Of a DNA stretch of 64,000 bases, positions 18,880 through 28,568 are shown piece after piece. The notes under the pieces are model-generated. The model did not search any database, was not told the DNA's origin, and worked only from the letters and a program-made list of their open reading frames with translations. Numbering within the stretch: the stretch's first letter is position 1; every line of letters begins with the position of its first letter. This DNA comes from Reyranella sp. Lineage in GTDB: Bacteria; Pseudomonadota; Alphaproteobacteria; Reyranellales; Reyranellaceae. A program made the position numbers and the translations under genes. The stretch lies in NCBI GenBank assembly GCA_052439685.1, contig JBQVQG010000028.1, forward strand, positions 541 through 64,540. Reading direction: 5' to 3'.

Positions 18880-19896
18880 ATGTCCTTTCGGCGTATCGCG
18901 GTCGAAGAAGCCTTCGTGACGCCGGAGATCATGGCGGAATGGCAAAAGGTGCTGGCGGGCCCCGACGCCGAGCCCGGCTTCGCGAAGATGGGGGAGTCGA
19001 TCCTCGCCCAGACGCCGGCCAACAAGCCGCTGGACGACCGGCTGCTCGACATCGGCGCGGCGCGCCTCGCGCATATGGATGCGATCGGTCTCGACATGCA
19101 GGTCCTCTCGCTCACCTCGCCGGGCGTGCAGGTGTTCGATGCGGCCCTGGCGACGCGGCTCGCGGCCGAGTCCAACGACGCGCTGGCGGCAGCTGTGCGC
19201 GCCCATCCGACGCGCTTCGCCGGCCTGGCCGCCATCGCACCGCAAGATCCGGCGGCGGCGACGAAGGAGATCGAGCGCGCTGCCAATACGTTGAAGCTCA
19301 ACGGCCTGATCGTGAACTCCCACACCAAAGGGGAGTATCTCGATGCGCCGAAGTTCCGGCCGATGCTCGCGGCGGCCGAGGCGCACGACATGCCGATCTA
19401 TCTCCATCCGCGCGAGCCCGCCGCCTCGTGGGTCGCGCCCTATCTCGACTATGCGCTGTGGTTCGCCGGCTGGGGCTTCGCCGCCGAGACCGGCCTGCAT
19501 GCGATGCGCCTCCTCATGTCGGGCACCTTCGCGCGCCATCCGAAGCTCAGGATCGTGCTCGGCCACATGGGCGAGGCCATTCCCTTCTGGCTGCAGCGCA
19601 TCGACAACCGCTATCTGCTGGAGGTGAAGATCGGCGCCTGCGAGAAGCTGCCGCGACTGCCGAGCGAATACTTCCTCGACAATTTCGTGATCACCACCTC
19701 GGGCGTGACCTCGATGCCGGCGCTGCGCCTCTCGCTCGACGTGCTGGGCGTCGACCGCATTCTCTTCGCCGCCGATTTCCCCTACGAGGACGACGCCGAA
19801 GCCGTGCGCTTCATGGACGGCGCCAGCGTCACGGAGGAGGAGCGGCGGAAGATCTACGAGACCAATGCCTGCCGGGTGTTCGGGCTCGCTCACTAG
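18880..19896 (+). CDS. Amidohydrolase_2 family, LigW/gamma-resorcylate decarboxylase-like
   Basis: IAVEEAF, VLSLTSPGVQ, NSHT, YLHPR, LGHMGEAIPFWL.RID, ITTSG, FAADFPYE. Confidence 0.88.
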   Translation: MSFRRIAVEEAFVTPEIMAEWQKVLAGPDAEPGFAKMGESILAQTPANKPLDDRLLDIGAARLAHMDAIGLDMQVLSLTSPGVQVFDAALATRLAAESNDALAAAVRAHPTRFAGLAAIAPQDPAAATKEIERAANTLKLNGLIVNSHTKGEYLDAPKFRPMLAAAEAHDMPIYLHPREPAASWVAPYLDYALWFAGWGFAAETGLHAMRLLMSGTFARHPKLRIVLGHMGEAIPFWLQRIDNRYLLEVKIGACEKLPRLPSEYFLDNFVITTSGVTSMPALRLSLDVLGVDRILFAADFPYEDDAEAVRFMDGASVTEEERRKIYETNACRVFGLAH

Positions 19897-19927
19897 AGCT
19901 TCAGATCGTGGTTCAGCACTATTGGCG

Positions 19928-20920
19928 TCAGGTAACGTAGACCTGCGCGCGATGATAGTTGAGATAGGCTCGCTGGCTGTCGGAGAAGCCTTGCGCCAGC
20001 CAAGGCATTGGGGCTTCGGAGAAGCCGAGCTGCTTCCATGCATGTTCGCCGAGCCCGAGGCGGCGAAGGTCGCCCTGGTCGAAGCGGGGGGAAACCCGCA
20101 CCTCGCCGCTGTCCTCGAAGGAGATGAAGCCTCGGTCGAAGAGTAGATCGGCGTCTGGCGTGAGCAGGAGCCCGTTCGCGCCGTCGAGTCGTTGGGTTGG
20201 CGTCTCGCATGATCGCCAGGGCCTGATGTGGCTGGCGATCAGCAGCGCGGGGTTGGTGATGCCCGTGAGCCGGCACGACCTCTCAACTTTTTCGACATTC
20301 GACCGGAACGTGCCCTGGCCCCGGCGAGCCTGAATTGTGGCCGTCCGCACCGTGTCGCTTAGCGTGAGGTCGGTGCGAATGCTCGCTTCGACACGGTCAT
20401 CGAGCTCGTCCTTGACGTTGCGGAACGTCAGTCGGTTGGCACCACCGGTGCGCAGCTGAACTTCGTCCACGTGAGCGCTCGCGACGACGATGTCGTGGAT
20501 TTCCCGCGGAATGGCCGCGAGGTAGACGCCCTGATTGCCGTCGCCGGAGGACGCGCGGATGGGTGAATACTTTTCAGGCAGCAGGGGCCCGATCAGCGCC
20601 AGCAGATTCTTCGGGCGCACGGGCGGATCGAGGCGGGTCCAAAAAACCGGCAGCAGCCACCCTTCGTTGTTCCAGTATGAGCCCGTCGCACCAAATTCCG
20701 ACGGCTTGGGCGCTGTGAACGCGAAATCCGCGACCCGCCCGACATAGCGGATGAGCTGGTTGGCGTAGGAGAGGACCAGATCGCCGGGACTGGCCGCGCG
20801 CATGTTGTCGTAGAAGCGGTTACGCGCGCCGTTTGCCGAGGTCTTGGGCGACCACAGGTACTGGTGCTCAATCTCCTGATTGAACGTCTGCTTGTGATTG
20901 ACCCACCAGTATTGCCGCAT
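19928..20920 (-). CDS. EVE-HNH modification-dependent (type IV) restriction endonuclease, VcaM4I-like
   Basis: N-terminus YWWVNHKQTF.QE....YLWSPK...FYDNM....PGDLV.SYA; C-terminus RRGQG.FR...C.LTG......LIASHIRPW...RLDG.NGLLL...LFDRGFISF. Confidence 0.85.
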   Translation of the reverse strand: MRQYWWVNHKQTFNQEIEHQYLWSPKTSANGARNRFYDNMRAASPGDLVLSYANQLIRYVGRVADFAFTAPKPSEFGATGSYWNNEGWLLPVFWTRLDPPVRPKNLLALIGPLLPEKYSPIRASSGDGNQGVYLAAIPREIHDIVVASAHVDEVQLRTGGANRLTFRNVKDELDDRVEASIRTDLTLSDTVRTATIQARRGQGTFRSNVEKVERSCRLTGITNPALLIASHIRPWRSCETPTQRLDGANGLLLTPDADLLFDRGFISFEDSGEVRVSPRFDQGDLRRLGLGEHAWKQLGFSEAPMPWLAQGFSDSQRAYLNYHRAQVYVT

Positions 20921-21076
20921 GCAAATGCAATCTAACCGCTTGGCGGCGCGGAGACCAAGAGGGCCGGGCGTCGTCTGGCCGGCAAATCCCCCCTTTCGTT
21001 CGGGGCGGTCGCCCGCCATAAGACGGGGCGGGGGAGGGCCGATCGACGGCCTTCGGGAGAGGACGGGAATCTCGAG

Positions 21077-21868
21077 ATGGCCGGGCTGTTGGGGGATCGC
21101 GGGACACAGGTCCTGAAGCTCGTCGTCGCCGGCGCGGCCGGTGCACTGCTTTCGGCCTGTGCCAGCGACAGCACCTCCTACCAGGAGCAGGCGCTGCGGG
21201 CGTCGGAAGGCGGCGACCTCAAGGCCGCGACCGCCCTCGCGCAGAAGGAGGTCGAGAAATACTCGGCCACTGACCAGTGCTCCTCCACCACCAACTACAA
21301 TTGCGGCACCCTGGCGCTCGCCTATAGCAGCCTGGCCGAGTACCAGATCCTGAGCGGCAATCTGGCCGCCGGCGAGCGCAGCTTCGACCGCGCCAAGGGC
21401 GCGCTGCAGCGGGTCCCGAAGGACAACAAGCCCAGCGCCACCGGCATGGTCTATCGCGATGTGTCGGAAGCCTTCTGGAAGGCCGGCGACAAGAAGCGCG
21501 CCATCGCCGTCTTCAAGGAAGGCACGACCCGCGGTGCCGACGAGTGGCTCTACACCTCCTCCGCCGCCAAGGCCGTCGCCCAGCAGGGGGGCCGACCCGC
21601 GCCCGCCCTGCCGGACACCCCGGCGGCGCCCGGTTTGCCGACGGCCGCGCCGGGTGCCCCGATTCCCCTCGGGCCCGCGGTCACGCCGGCCGCGGCGACC
21701 GAAACCGACACGATGATCAAGGCGACCCCGCTTGGCGACCCGACCACCGGTGCGCCCGCCGTCAGCGACTCGCCGCGCGGCGGCCGGCCGCCCAGCTCGG
21801 CCGAACCGGCACCTGCACCGCTGACGCCCAGTCCGCTGACACCGACCCCGCTGCAGCGCTCGCGCTGA
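21077..21868 (+). CDS. Putative lipoprotein with TPR-like helices and Pro/Ala-rich tail
   Basis: LLSAC lipobox, helical repeats, low-complexity C-terminus. Confidence 0.7.
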   Translation: MAGLLGDRGTQVLKLVVAGAAGALLSACASDSTSYQEQALRASEGGDLKAATALAQKEVEKYSATDQCSSTTNYNCGTLALAYSSLAEYQILSGNLAAGERSFDRAKGALQRVPKDNKPSATGMVYRDVSEAFWKAGDKKRAIAVFKEGTTRGADEWLYTSSAAKAVAQQGGRPAPALPDTPAAPGLPTAAPGAPIPLGPAVTPAAATETDTMIKATPLGDPTTGAPAVSDSPRGGRPPSSAEPAPAPLTPSPLTPTPLQRSR

Positions 21869-21911
21869 AGCGGGCGTTCGATCGCCTCCGAGGGCGCGCC
21901 TGCGGCGCGCC

Positions 21912-22646
21912 CTAGATCTGCGCCAGACCGCCGTCGACGAAGACCTCGCCGCCGGTCATGAAGCTTGAATCGGCGGAGGCGAGGAACGCCGCCACCGCGC
22001 CGGTCTCCGACGGCTCGCCGATGCGGCCGAGCGGCGTTGCGGCACCGATCGCTTCGAAGGCTTCCTTGCCCACGACCTCGAGCGCCAAGTCGGTTCGAGT
22101 AGGGCCCGGCGACAGGACGTTGACCCGGATGCCGGTGCCCTTCAGGTCGAGCGCCCAGCTGCGCGCCAGATTGCGCACCGCGGCCTTGGTGGCGCTGTAG
22201 ATGCTGAACTGCGCCGTGCCCATCTCGCCGGTGGTCGATCCGGTGAGGATGATCGACCCGCCGGCCTTCATCAGCGGCAAGCCCTTCTGCACCGAGAAGA
22301 TCAGCCCCTTCACGTTGACGTCGAAGATCTGGTCGTACTGCTCCGGCGTGATCGCGCCCAGCGGCGCGAAGGCGCCGGTGCCGGCATTGGCGAACAGGAT
22401 GTCGAGCCCGCCGCGCTCCGTCTTCACCGTCTCGTACAGCCGGTCGAGGTCGGCCATCTCGGTCACCGAGCCGCGCACCGCGCGCGCCGAAGCGCCGAGC
22501 TTTGCCACGGCGGCATCGAGCTGTTCCTGCCGTCGTCCGAAGAGATAGACGAAGGCGCCTTCATCGACGAAGCGCTGCGCGGCGCCCAGCCCGATGCCGG
22601 TGCCGTCGCCGGTGATCACGGCCGTCTTGCCTTTGAGTCTGCTCAT
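21912..22646 (-). CDS. SDR family oxidoreductase
   Basis: TGDGTGIG (G-to-D variant of the Rossmann motif), LFANAG, YSATKAA, NVLSPG, FVDGG. Confidence 0.92.
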   Translation of the reverse strand: MSRLKGKTAVITGDGTGIGLGAAQRFVDEGAFVYLFGRRQEQLDAAVAKLGASARAVRGSVTEMADLDRLYETVKTERGGLDILFANAGTGAFAPLGAITPEQYDQIFDVNVKGLIFSVQKGLPLMKAGGSIILTGSTTGEMGTAQFSIYSATKAAVRNLARSWALDLKGTGIRVNVLSPGPTRTDLALEVVGKEAFEAIGAATPLGRIGEPSETGAVAAFLASADSSFMTGGEVFVDGGLAQI

Positions 22647-22731
22647 CCTGTGCTCCTGCTTTTGAGGTTGCACAGAGCTGGAGGCGTACCCACCTAAGGA
22701 CAAGTATGCACCTTTTGGTAAGTGCCTCAAA

Positions 22732-23136
22732 ATGTCAGACGCCTCTCCGCAGGTCCCGACCTGCACCCCGACCTTGCCGGGCTTCACCTGCGGCCTCGAT
22801 GCCACGCTGCGGGTGATCGCCGGCAAGTGGAAACCGCTGATCCTCTACTTCCTGGCGCAGGGCGGCCCGACCCGCTACGGCGAGCTGCGCCGCGCCATGC
22901 GCGACGTCAGCGACAAGATGCTGATCCAGCAACTCAAGGAGCTGACCGCCGACGGCCTCGTGCGCCGCACCGACTACCGGGAGGTGCCGCCGCGGGTCGA
23001 CTATGCCCTGACCCCGCTGGGCGAGAGCCTCGCCCAGGCCCTGGTGCCGCTCTGCACTTGGGGTACCGATAACCTCGCCGAGGTGACGCGCGTCTTCGCC
23101 CAGCGCGCGGCCACTGCGGCCGTGGAGCGCGCTTAG
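22732..23136 (+). CDS. HxlR family transcriptional regulator
   Basis: IAGKWK.LIL..L, RYGELRR....VSDKML.QQLKEL.ADGLV.R..Y.EVPPRVDY.LT; divergent from the SDR. Confidence 0.93.
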   Translation: MSDASPQVPTCTPTLPGFTCGLDATLRVIAGKWKPLILYFLAQGGPTRYGELRRAMRDVSDKMLIQQLKELTADGLVRRTDYREVPPRVDYALTPLGESLAQALVPLCTWGTDNLAEVTRVFAQRAATAAVERA

Positions 23137-23163
23137 GACGGCGCGCTGCGGTGACGATCCTGC

Positions 23164-24600
23164 TTACCCCACCTTCTTCGCCGGCGGCGGGGACCAGGTG
23201 CCGTTGATGATCGAGGGCGGCGTCTCGGTGGGCCAGTAGAGGCGCAGCATCAGCTGGAACTTGCCCTTGGGTGCGGGCAGCCAGTTCGATTCCTTATCGG
23301 CGCCGGGCGATTCGTTCTGGATGTAGAGATCGGTCGAGCCGTCGGCGTTGGCCTTCAGCTTCTGCCGTGCGCTGATCGAGTAGCGGTTGATCGGGTTGGC
23401 GACGAAGAAGAAGTCGGCATCGTACATGGTGAGCGACCAGAAGCCCTTGACCGGCGGCAGCTGGCCCTTGGCGAAGCGCATCACGTATTTGTTCTTGCCG
23501 TCATAGTCGCTGCCGTTGGCGTCCTTCATCGACATCGGATAGATCGCGTCCTGCGGCCGGTTGGCGCCCAGCCCGATCGCCGTGACCAGCGCGCGGTTGA
23601 GATAGTCCGTCCCGTAGAGGCCGGTGACCGTGTCGTAGAGCCAGCCGTTCACGTTCTTCACCGACTTGCCGAGCTTGAGCTGCAGCATGATGCGGTCGAA
23701 GGCGATGTGCGGGATGCGCGCCACGAAGTCGGCGTCGAGCTTGCTCTTGTCGAAGTCCTGGCCGGGCACCAGGCCGATGCGGGCGAAGCGCGCGACGGCG
23801 GCGGCATCGGCCGGCGTCGGCGGGTTGGTCTTCATCAGCTCGGCCAGCAGGGTGAAGTAGGAGACGGCGTCGAGCGCGTTCACCTGCTCGCGCACCGCCG
23901 TCTTCATGTCGACCTTGGGATCGACCGTGGCAGCGGGCGGCGTGTAGTCCTTGCCCCAGGCGCTGAGCGGCACCAGCTTGCACTGGTCCTGGAGCGCATG
24001 GACGGCGGCATAGTCCTCCGGCGTGCCGGTGCAGTAGATGCGGCCCAGCATCCACACCAGGCTGGTCGGCGACTTGTATTCCTTGACGCCGGCCGGGAGC
24101 GTGCCCTTCCAGCCGGGGCCGGTGATGGCATAGGTCTGCGCGCCCGTGCCGGTGGTGCGCGAACCCGGCACCTGGAAGACGCTGGTCCAGCCGTCGAGCA
24201 TCGGGAACAGGTAATAGCGGCCCTTCATGTCGGGCAGGCTGAGCACCCACGGTTCCTTGCCGACATCGGCCCAGGCGATCGTGTAGAGCGTGTCGGCGTT
24301 GGGGGCCGTGACATCGCGGAAGGCGGCGGTGGGATATTCGCGGATGCGCGCGAACTGGCCCATCGGCGCGCGCGTGCCAGCGGGGGCCGCGACGTTGGTC
24401 ATGATCCGCCGCGTCATCTCCATGGTGACCAGCGGATAGCCGTAGACATAGGCGTCGGTCGCCAGCCAGAACTCCTCCAGCCCGCCGAGGATCGGCACGC
24501 CTTCCTGGGCCTGCGCACTGGTGGAGGGAAGGAGACCGCCGAGGGCGGAGAGCGTGCCGGCGAGACCGCCCAAAGTGGCGTTGCGACGATTGATGGCCAT
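23164..24600 (-). CDS. DUF1254/DUF1214 domain protein (exported)
   Basis: NRR leader, DAYVYGYPLV, PNADTLY...W.D, LDGWT, LPPVKGFWSLTMYD, NWLPAP.G.F.LMLRLYWP. Confidence 0.9.
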   Translation of the reverse strand: MAINRRNATLGGLAGTLSALGGLLPSTSAQAQEGVPILGGLEEFWLATDAYVYGYPLVTMEMTRRIMTNVAAPAGTRAPMGQFARIREYPTAAFRDVTAPNADTLYTIAWADVGKEPWVLSLPDMKGRYYLFPMLDGWTSVFQVPGSRTTGTGAQTYAITGPGWKGTLPAGVKEYKSPTSLVWMLGRIYCTGTPEDYAAVHALQDQCKLVPLSAWGKDYTPPAATVDPKVDMKTAVREQVNALDAVSYFTLLAELMKTNPPTPADAAAVARFARIGLVPGQDFDKSKLDADFVARIPHIAFDRIMLQLKLGKSVKNVNGWLYDTVTGLYGTDYLNRALVTAIGLGANRPQDAIYPMSMKDANGSDYDGKNKYVMRFAKGQLPPVKGFWSLTMYDADFFFVANPINRYSISARQKLKANADGSTDLYIQNESPGADKESNWLPAPKGKFQLMLRLYWPTETPPSIINGTWSPPPAKKVG

Positions 24601-24617
24601 GATCGAACCTCTCTCTT

Positions 24618-25496
24618 TCAGAACCGGAAACTCACGCCCAGCACGGGGCCGTAGAAGACCTCGTTGAGGCCGAAGGCGGTGGCGCCGCTGCCGCTGTTGT
24701 AGTTGATGCCGAGCGCACGGAAGCCCGCGAGGGCCGCGATCTGGTAGCCGCTCATCTGCCAGTCGTAGGCGTAGACGGCGATCGCCTGCCAGCTCAGCGA
24801 GTTCTGTAAATTGAAGCCGCCGATGTCGCCGCGCACCGTGATCGTCTGGTGAGGCGCGAGCTGGTGGCGCAGCCGCAGGCCGACCAGCGGATCCACCCAG
24901 GCCGTGGTGCCGCTGTCGGCCAGTGCGATGCCGCCGCTGCGACTCAGGTTGAAGCGGGTGGTGTCGGCGGTGAGCAGCGCGTCGAAGGTGCCCACCAGGT
25001 TGACGTTCCAGTAGCGGAAGCCGCCCACCGCCTCGAGCGTCGTCGCGCCGCTGCCGGTGCCGGTGCCTCCCCAACGCTTGAGTTCATAGACGCCGCCTAG
25101 CTCCATCACGAACATCTGCATCGTGAGTGCCGCGTTGGCCGTCGCGCTGAGCTTCAGGCCGGCGACCGGGTTGCGATAGGCGGCCTGGCTGGTGGTGAAG
25201 CCCATCTTGGTGAAGACGAGATCGGCATAGACGCCGAGCGGTCCCTTGTCGGCCTCGAGATAGCCCATGAAGCCGATCAGCGAATCGCTCTTCTGCAGCA
25301 GGTCGATGAAGCTTGCATTGGTGTCGACCGTCTGGCCGTGCGAGGTCGTGCTGCCGCCCACGCTCATCAGCCAGCCATAGCTGGCGACCTGGAAGCGCCA
25401 GGCGTCGGGAGTGGTCGCCGGCTCCGCCGTCGCAACGACCGGACAGGCGAGGACACCCCCGACGACGAGCGCAGCAGCCGCCAACTTCCGATTCAC
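24618..25496 (-). CDS. Predicted outer-membrane beta-barrel protein
   Basis: Signal peptide from GTG 25496, alternating beta-strand pattern, WVDPLVG.R, terminal GPVLGVSFRF. Confidence 0.75.
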   Translation of the reverse strand: MNRKLAAAALVVGGVLACPVVATAEPATTPDAWRFQVASYGWLMSVGGSTTSHGQTVDTNASFIDLLQKSDSLIGFMGYLEADKGPLGVYADLVFTKMGFTTSQAAYRNPVAGLKLSATANAALTMQMFVMELGGVYELKRWGGTGTGSGATTLEAVGGFRYWNVNLVGTFDALLTADTTRFNLSRSGGIALADSGTTAWVDPLVGLRLRHQLAPHQTITVRGDIGGFNLQNSLSWQAIAVYAYDWQMSGYQIAALAGFRALGINYNSGSGATAFGLNEVFYGPVLGVSFRF

Positions 25497-25673
25497 GAGG
25501 CTTCTCCGGCCGTTCAGAGGGATCGAATCTTCCCCGGCGGTGTGCCAAAGCGCCTTTCGGGACGCCATGACAGTTTGCGCCAAAAGTGCAACCATCCCGC
25601 TACGGTGACGAGTCTCGCGACCTCCCAAGAACCAGGCACACCCGCCCACCGCAGCAACGCTGCAGGCCGCAGC

Positions 25674-26651
25674 ATGCGTGTCGGGCCGATCTTCGGCCTG
25701 GAAGCGCTGCTGGCGCGCTTCGGCGTGGCGTTGGCGCCGCTGGTGGCCGAGGCGGGCCTGCCGCCCGACTGTTTCGGCGACCCCGACAATCGCTGGCCGG
25801 TTGACCGCCTGCTCGATCTCGTGGCGCGCTGCGCCGAGGCCGCGACCTGTCCGCATCTCGGGCTGCTGCTCGCCCAGCCGGTGGAGCCTGCCGCGCTGGG
25901 CGCACCGCTCGCCCGCCTGCTGGGGGGTGCGCTGACGGTCGAGCGCGCACTGCGCGGCCTGACGATGAACCTGCACCTGAACGGCGAGGCGCTGGTGCCG
26001 GCCCTCTCGACCGGCCCCGACGGCGCCTGCTTCAGCATCACGCCCTACGCCTATCACCTGCGCGGGACCGACCATCTCGAGGACTTCTCGCTGGCGGTGC
26101 TGACCAACATCCTGCGCTTCCTGGGTGGGCCGAAATGGACGCCGCTGCGCGTGACCCTCGCCCATCGCGCGCCGGCCGACCGCCGGCCTTACGACGAATT
26201 CTTCCGCGCGCCGCTCACCTTCGGCGCGCCGCAGAGCGCCGTGCACTTCGACCCGTCCTGGCTGCCGCGGCGGCCCGCGCCGACGCCGCCGGGACTGGCC
26301 GCGCCGCCGCCACCGCCGGCGGCTGGGGAGGAGCTCGACATCGCGATCCTCGCCCGGCGGGAGATCGTCCGCGGGATGGCGCAGGGCATCGTCGGCGTCG
26401 ATGCCGTCGCCTCCGCCCTGGGCCTCAGCCGGCGCACGCTCAACCGCCGCCTCGCCGAACGCGGCACCTCGATCCGCGATCTCATCGCAGAAGTCCGCGT
26501 CCAGGTCGCGCAGCAGCTGATGCGCGATACCGATCTCACGATCGCCGACATCGCCGTCACCACCTGCTATTCCGACGTCGCCGCCTTCTCGCGCGCCTTC
26601 AGCGCGAGAACGGGCGTCTCGCCGGCGGCGTGGCGGAGCGCACAGGCCTAG
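25674..26651 (+). CDS. AraC family regulator (VirS/OruR-type ligand domain)
   Basis: C-terminal double HTH (VASALGLSRRTLNRRL...IADIA...YSDVAAFSRAF....G.SP..WR). Confidence 0.9.
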   Translation: MRVGPIFGLEALLARFGVALAPLVAEAGLPPDCFGDPDNRWPVDRLLDLVARCAEAATCPHLGLLLAQPVEPAALGAPLARLLGGALTVERALRGLTMNLHLNGEALVPALSTGPDGACFSITPYAYHLRGTDHLEDFSLAVLTNILRFLGGPKWTPLRVTLAHRAPADRRPYDEFFRAPLTFGAPQSAVHFDPSWLPRRPAPTPPGLAAPPPPPAAGEELDIAILARREIVRGMAQGIVGVDAVASALGLSRRTLNRRLAERGTSIRDLIAEVRVQVAQQLMRDTDLTIADIAVTTCYSDVAAFSRAFSARTGVSPAAWRSAQA

Positions 26652-27613
26652 ACACCGTCGGCGGTGATGCCGAGTTGGCGGATGAGCTTGCCGAGGCGGA
26701 CATGCTCGCGGCGCATCGCCTCGTCGAGTTCGCGCGGACTCATCGGCATCGGATCGATGCTGGCATGGGCGAGGCGGGTGCGGACCTCGGGATCGGCGAG
26801 GGCCTTGTTCACCGCCTTGTTCAGCCGGTCGACGATCGCGTCGGGCAGGCCCTTCTGTCCGAGGATCGGGATCGACGACTGGACCTGCAGCTCGGCCTCG
26901 CCCTGTTCCTCCATGGTCGCGACGTCTGGCAGATCGGGGTCGCGCTTCAGGCCCACCACCCCGATCGCCTTGAGCCGTCCCGCCTTGACGTGCGGCGCCG
27001 CCAGCGTGCTGCTCACGATCGCGAGGTCGAGGCGGCCGCCCAGCAGGTCCTGAACGCCGGGCGGCAGGCCCTTGTAGGAGATCGAGGTGATGTCGATGCC
27101 GTACTTCATTCGGAACTGCTCGGGAATCAGGTGGGCCGAGGTACCGTTGCCCGGGTTGAGATAATTGAGCTTGCCCGGATTGGCCCGCGCCAGCGCGACG
27201 AACTCCGCGATCGTGTTCGCGGGCGAGGCCGGCGGCACGCAGATCAGCGCGCTGCTCACGCCCACCATGGCGATCGGCTTGAAGTCGGCCATCGCGTCGA
27301 ACGGCGCCCGCATCAGCAGGTTCAGCACGACATGGCCCGACACGGTGAGATAGAGCGTGTAGCCGTCGGCCGGCGCCCCCAGCACCAGTTGCGCCGCCAG
27401 GATGCCGTTGGCGCCGGGCCGCGGGTCGATCAGCCAGGTCTGGCCGAGCTCGCGCTGCATGGCCTCGGACAGCGAGCGCGCGGCGACGTCGAGCAGGCCA
27501 CCGGGCGGCCCCGGCAGAACCACGCGGATGGTCTTCGACGGATAGGCGTCGGCATGGACGGCGGTCGCGGGAACCATCGCGGCGGCGCCGGTGAGGAACA
27601 GGCGGCGCTTCAT
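26648..27613 (-). CDS. Bug/TctC substrate-binding protein
   Basis: YPSKTIRVVLP.PPGG..D..AR, RPGANG, DGYTL, YKG..P...DLLGG. Confidence 0.92.
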   Translation of the reverse strand: MKRRLFLTGAAAMVPATAVHADAYPSKTIRVVLPGPPGGLLDVAARSLSEAMQRELGQTWLIDPRPGANGILAAQLVLGAPADGYTLYLTVSGHVVLNLLMRAPFDAMADFKPIAMVGVSSALICVPPASPANTIAEFVALARANPGKLNYLNPGNGTSAHLIPEQFRMKYGIDITSISYKGLPPGVQDLLGGRLDLAIVSSTLAAPHVKAGRLKAIGVVGLKRDPDLPDVATMEEQGEAELQVQSSIPILGQKGLPDAIVDRLNKAVNKALADPEVRTRLAHASIDPMPMSPRELDEAMRREHVRLGKLIRQLGITADGV

Positions 27614-27615
27614 GG

Positions 27616-28452
27616 TCAGGCCCGGTGGAACGGCTTGTCGCCGCAGATCGTGACCCGGTGACCGTAGCGGCGGTTCGGGAAGTAGTCGAACAACGCGTGG
27701 TGCTGGGTGCAGCGATTGTCCCAGAACGCCACCGAGTTGGCCCGCCACGCGAAGCGGCAGTGCAACTCAGGCGTCTCGATGTGGCGATAGAGCATCTCCA
27801 GCACCGCGTCGCTCTCAGGCTTCTTCATCTGCGGGATGCGGACCGTGAAGCCGCGGCTGACATAGAGTGCCTGGCGGCCGGTCTCGGGATGGGTGCGCAC
27901 GATCGGATGCTCGCTGGCGGGAAATGCCATGTCGGCGCGGTCGTTGGCCTTGTTGCGGAAGCTGTGTGCCTTGGCGCTGTCATGGAGGGCGGTGAGGCCG
28001 GTCAGCATCTTCCGTATCGGCTCCGACAGGGTCTCGTAGGCCCGGTACATGTTGGCGAACAGCGTGTCGCCGCCGCCATCGGGCGGAACCTCCGTGAGAT
28101 GGAGGATCGAGCCCATCGGCGGCTCGGCATCGCAGGACACGTCGCTGTGCCATTCCTCGCCGGCCACGCGCTTCGAAGTCTCGTCGGCCTTGATCACCAG
28201 GATCTCGCGATGCTCGGGCACGCCGATCGGCGCATTGGGATGGACGTGCAGGCGGCCGAAGCGCCGGCCGAACGCCTTGTGGCTCTCGATGTTCATCTCC
28301 TGGTCGCGGAAGAAGATCACGAGATTGTCCATCAGCGCCTGATGGACCTCGTCGAACTGCTGGTTGCCCAGCGGCCGCGAGAGATCGACGCCGGAAATCT
28401 CGGCGCCGATCGTGGGGGTGAGCTTGCGGACGCCGATCGATTGATAGTCCAT
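27616..28452 (-). CDS. TauD/TfdA family Fe(II)/2OG dioxygenase
   Basis: IGAEISGVDL, WHSDVS (HxD), GGDTLFAN, HPIVRTHPETG, WDNRCTQH.A...Y...R. Confidence 0.93.
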   Translation of the reverse strand: MDYQSIGVRKLTPTIGAEISGVDLSRPLGNQQFDEVHQALMDNLVIFFRDQEMNIESHKAFGRRFGRLHVHPNAPIGVPEHREILVIKADETSKRVAGEEWHSDVSCDAEPPMGSILHLTEVPPDGGGDTLFANMYRAYETLSEPIRKMLTGLTALHDSAKAHSFRNKANDRADMAFPASEHPIVRTHPETGRQALYVSRGFTVRIPQMKKPESDAVLEMLYRHIETPELHCRFAWRANSVAFWDNRCTQHHALFDYFPNRRYGHRVTICGDKPFHRA

Positions 28453-28568
28453 GTTTCCTCTAGGAATTTTCCCAAGGATAGGCGCGCGCCGGTCCGGGCA
28501 TTTGACATTCGGGGACATGGATTTGACAGTTCGGGCGGGGTGCTTCCTGCCCCTGCCGCGACCGGGCC

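Noticed and set aside
22686-22727. HxlR operator (GCAC-N10-GTGC)
   Set aside because: The palindrome is too short and weak to support.
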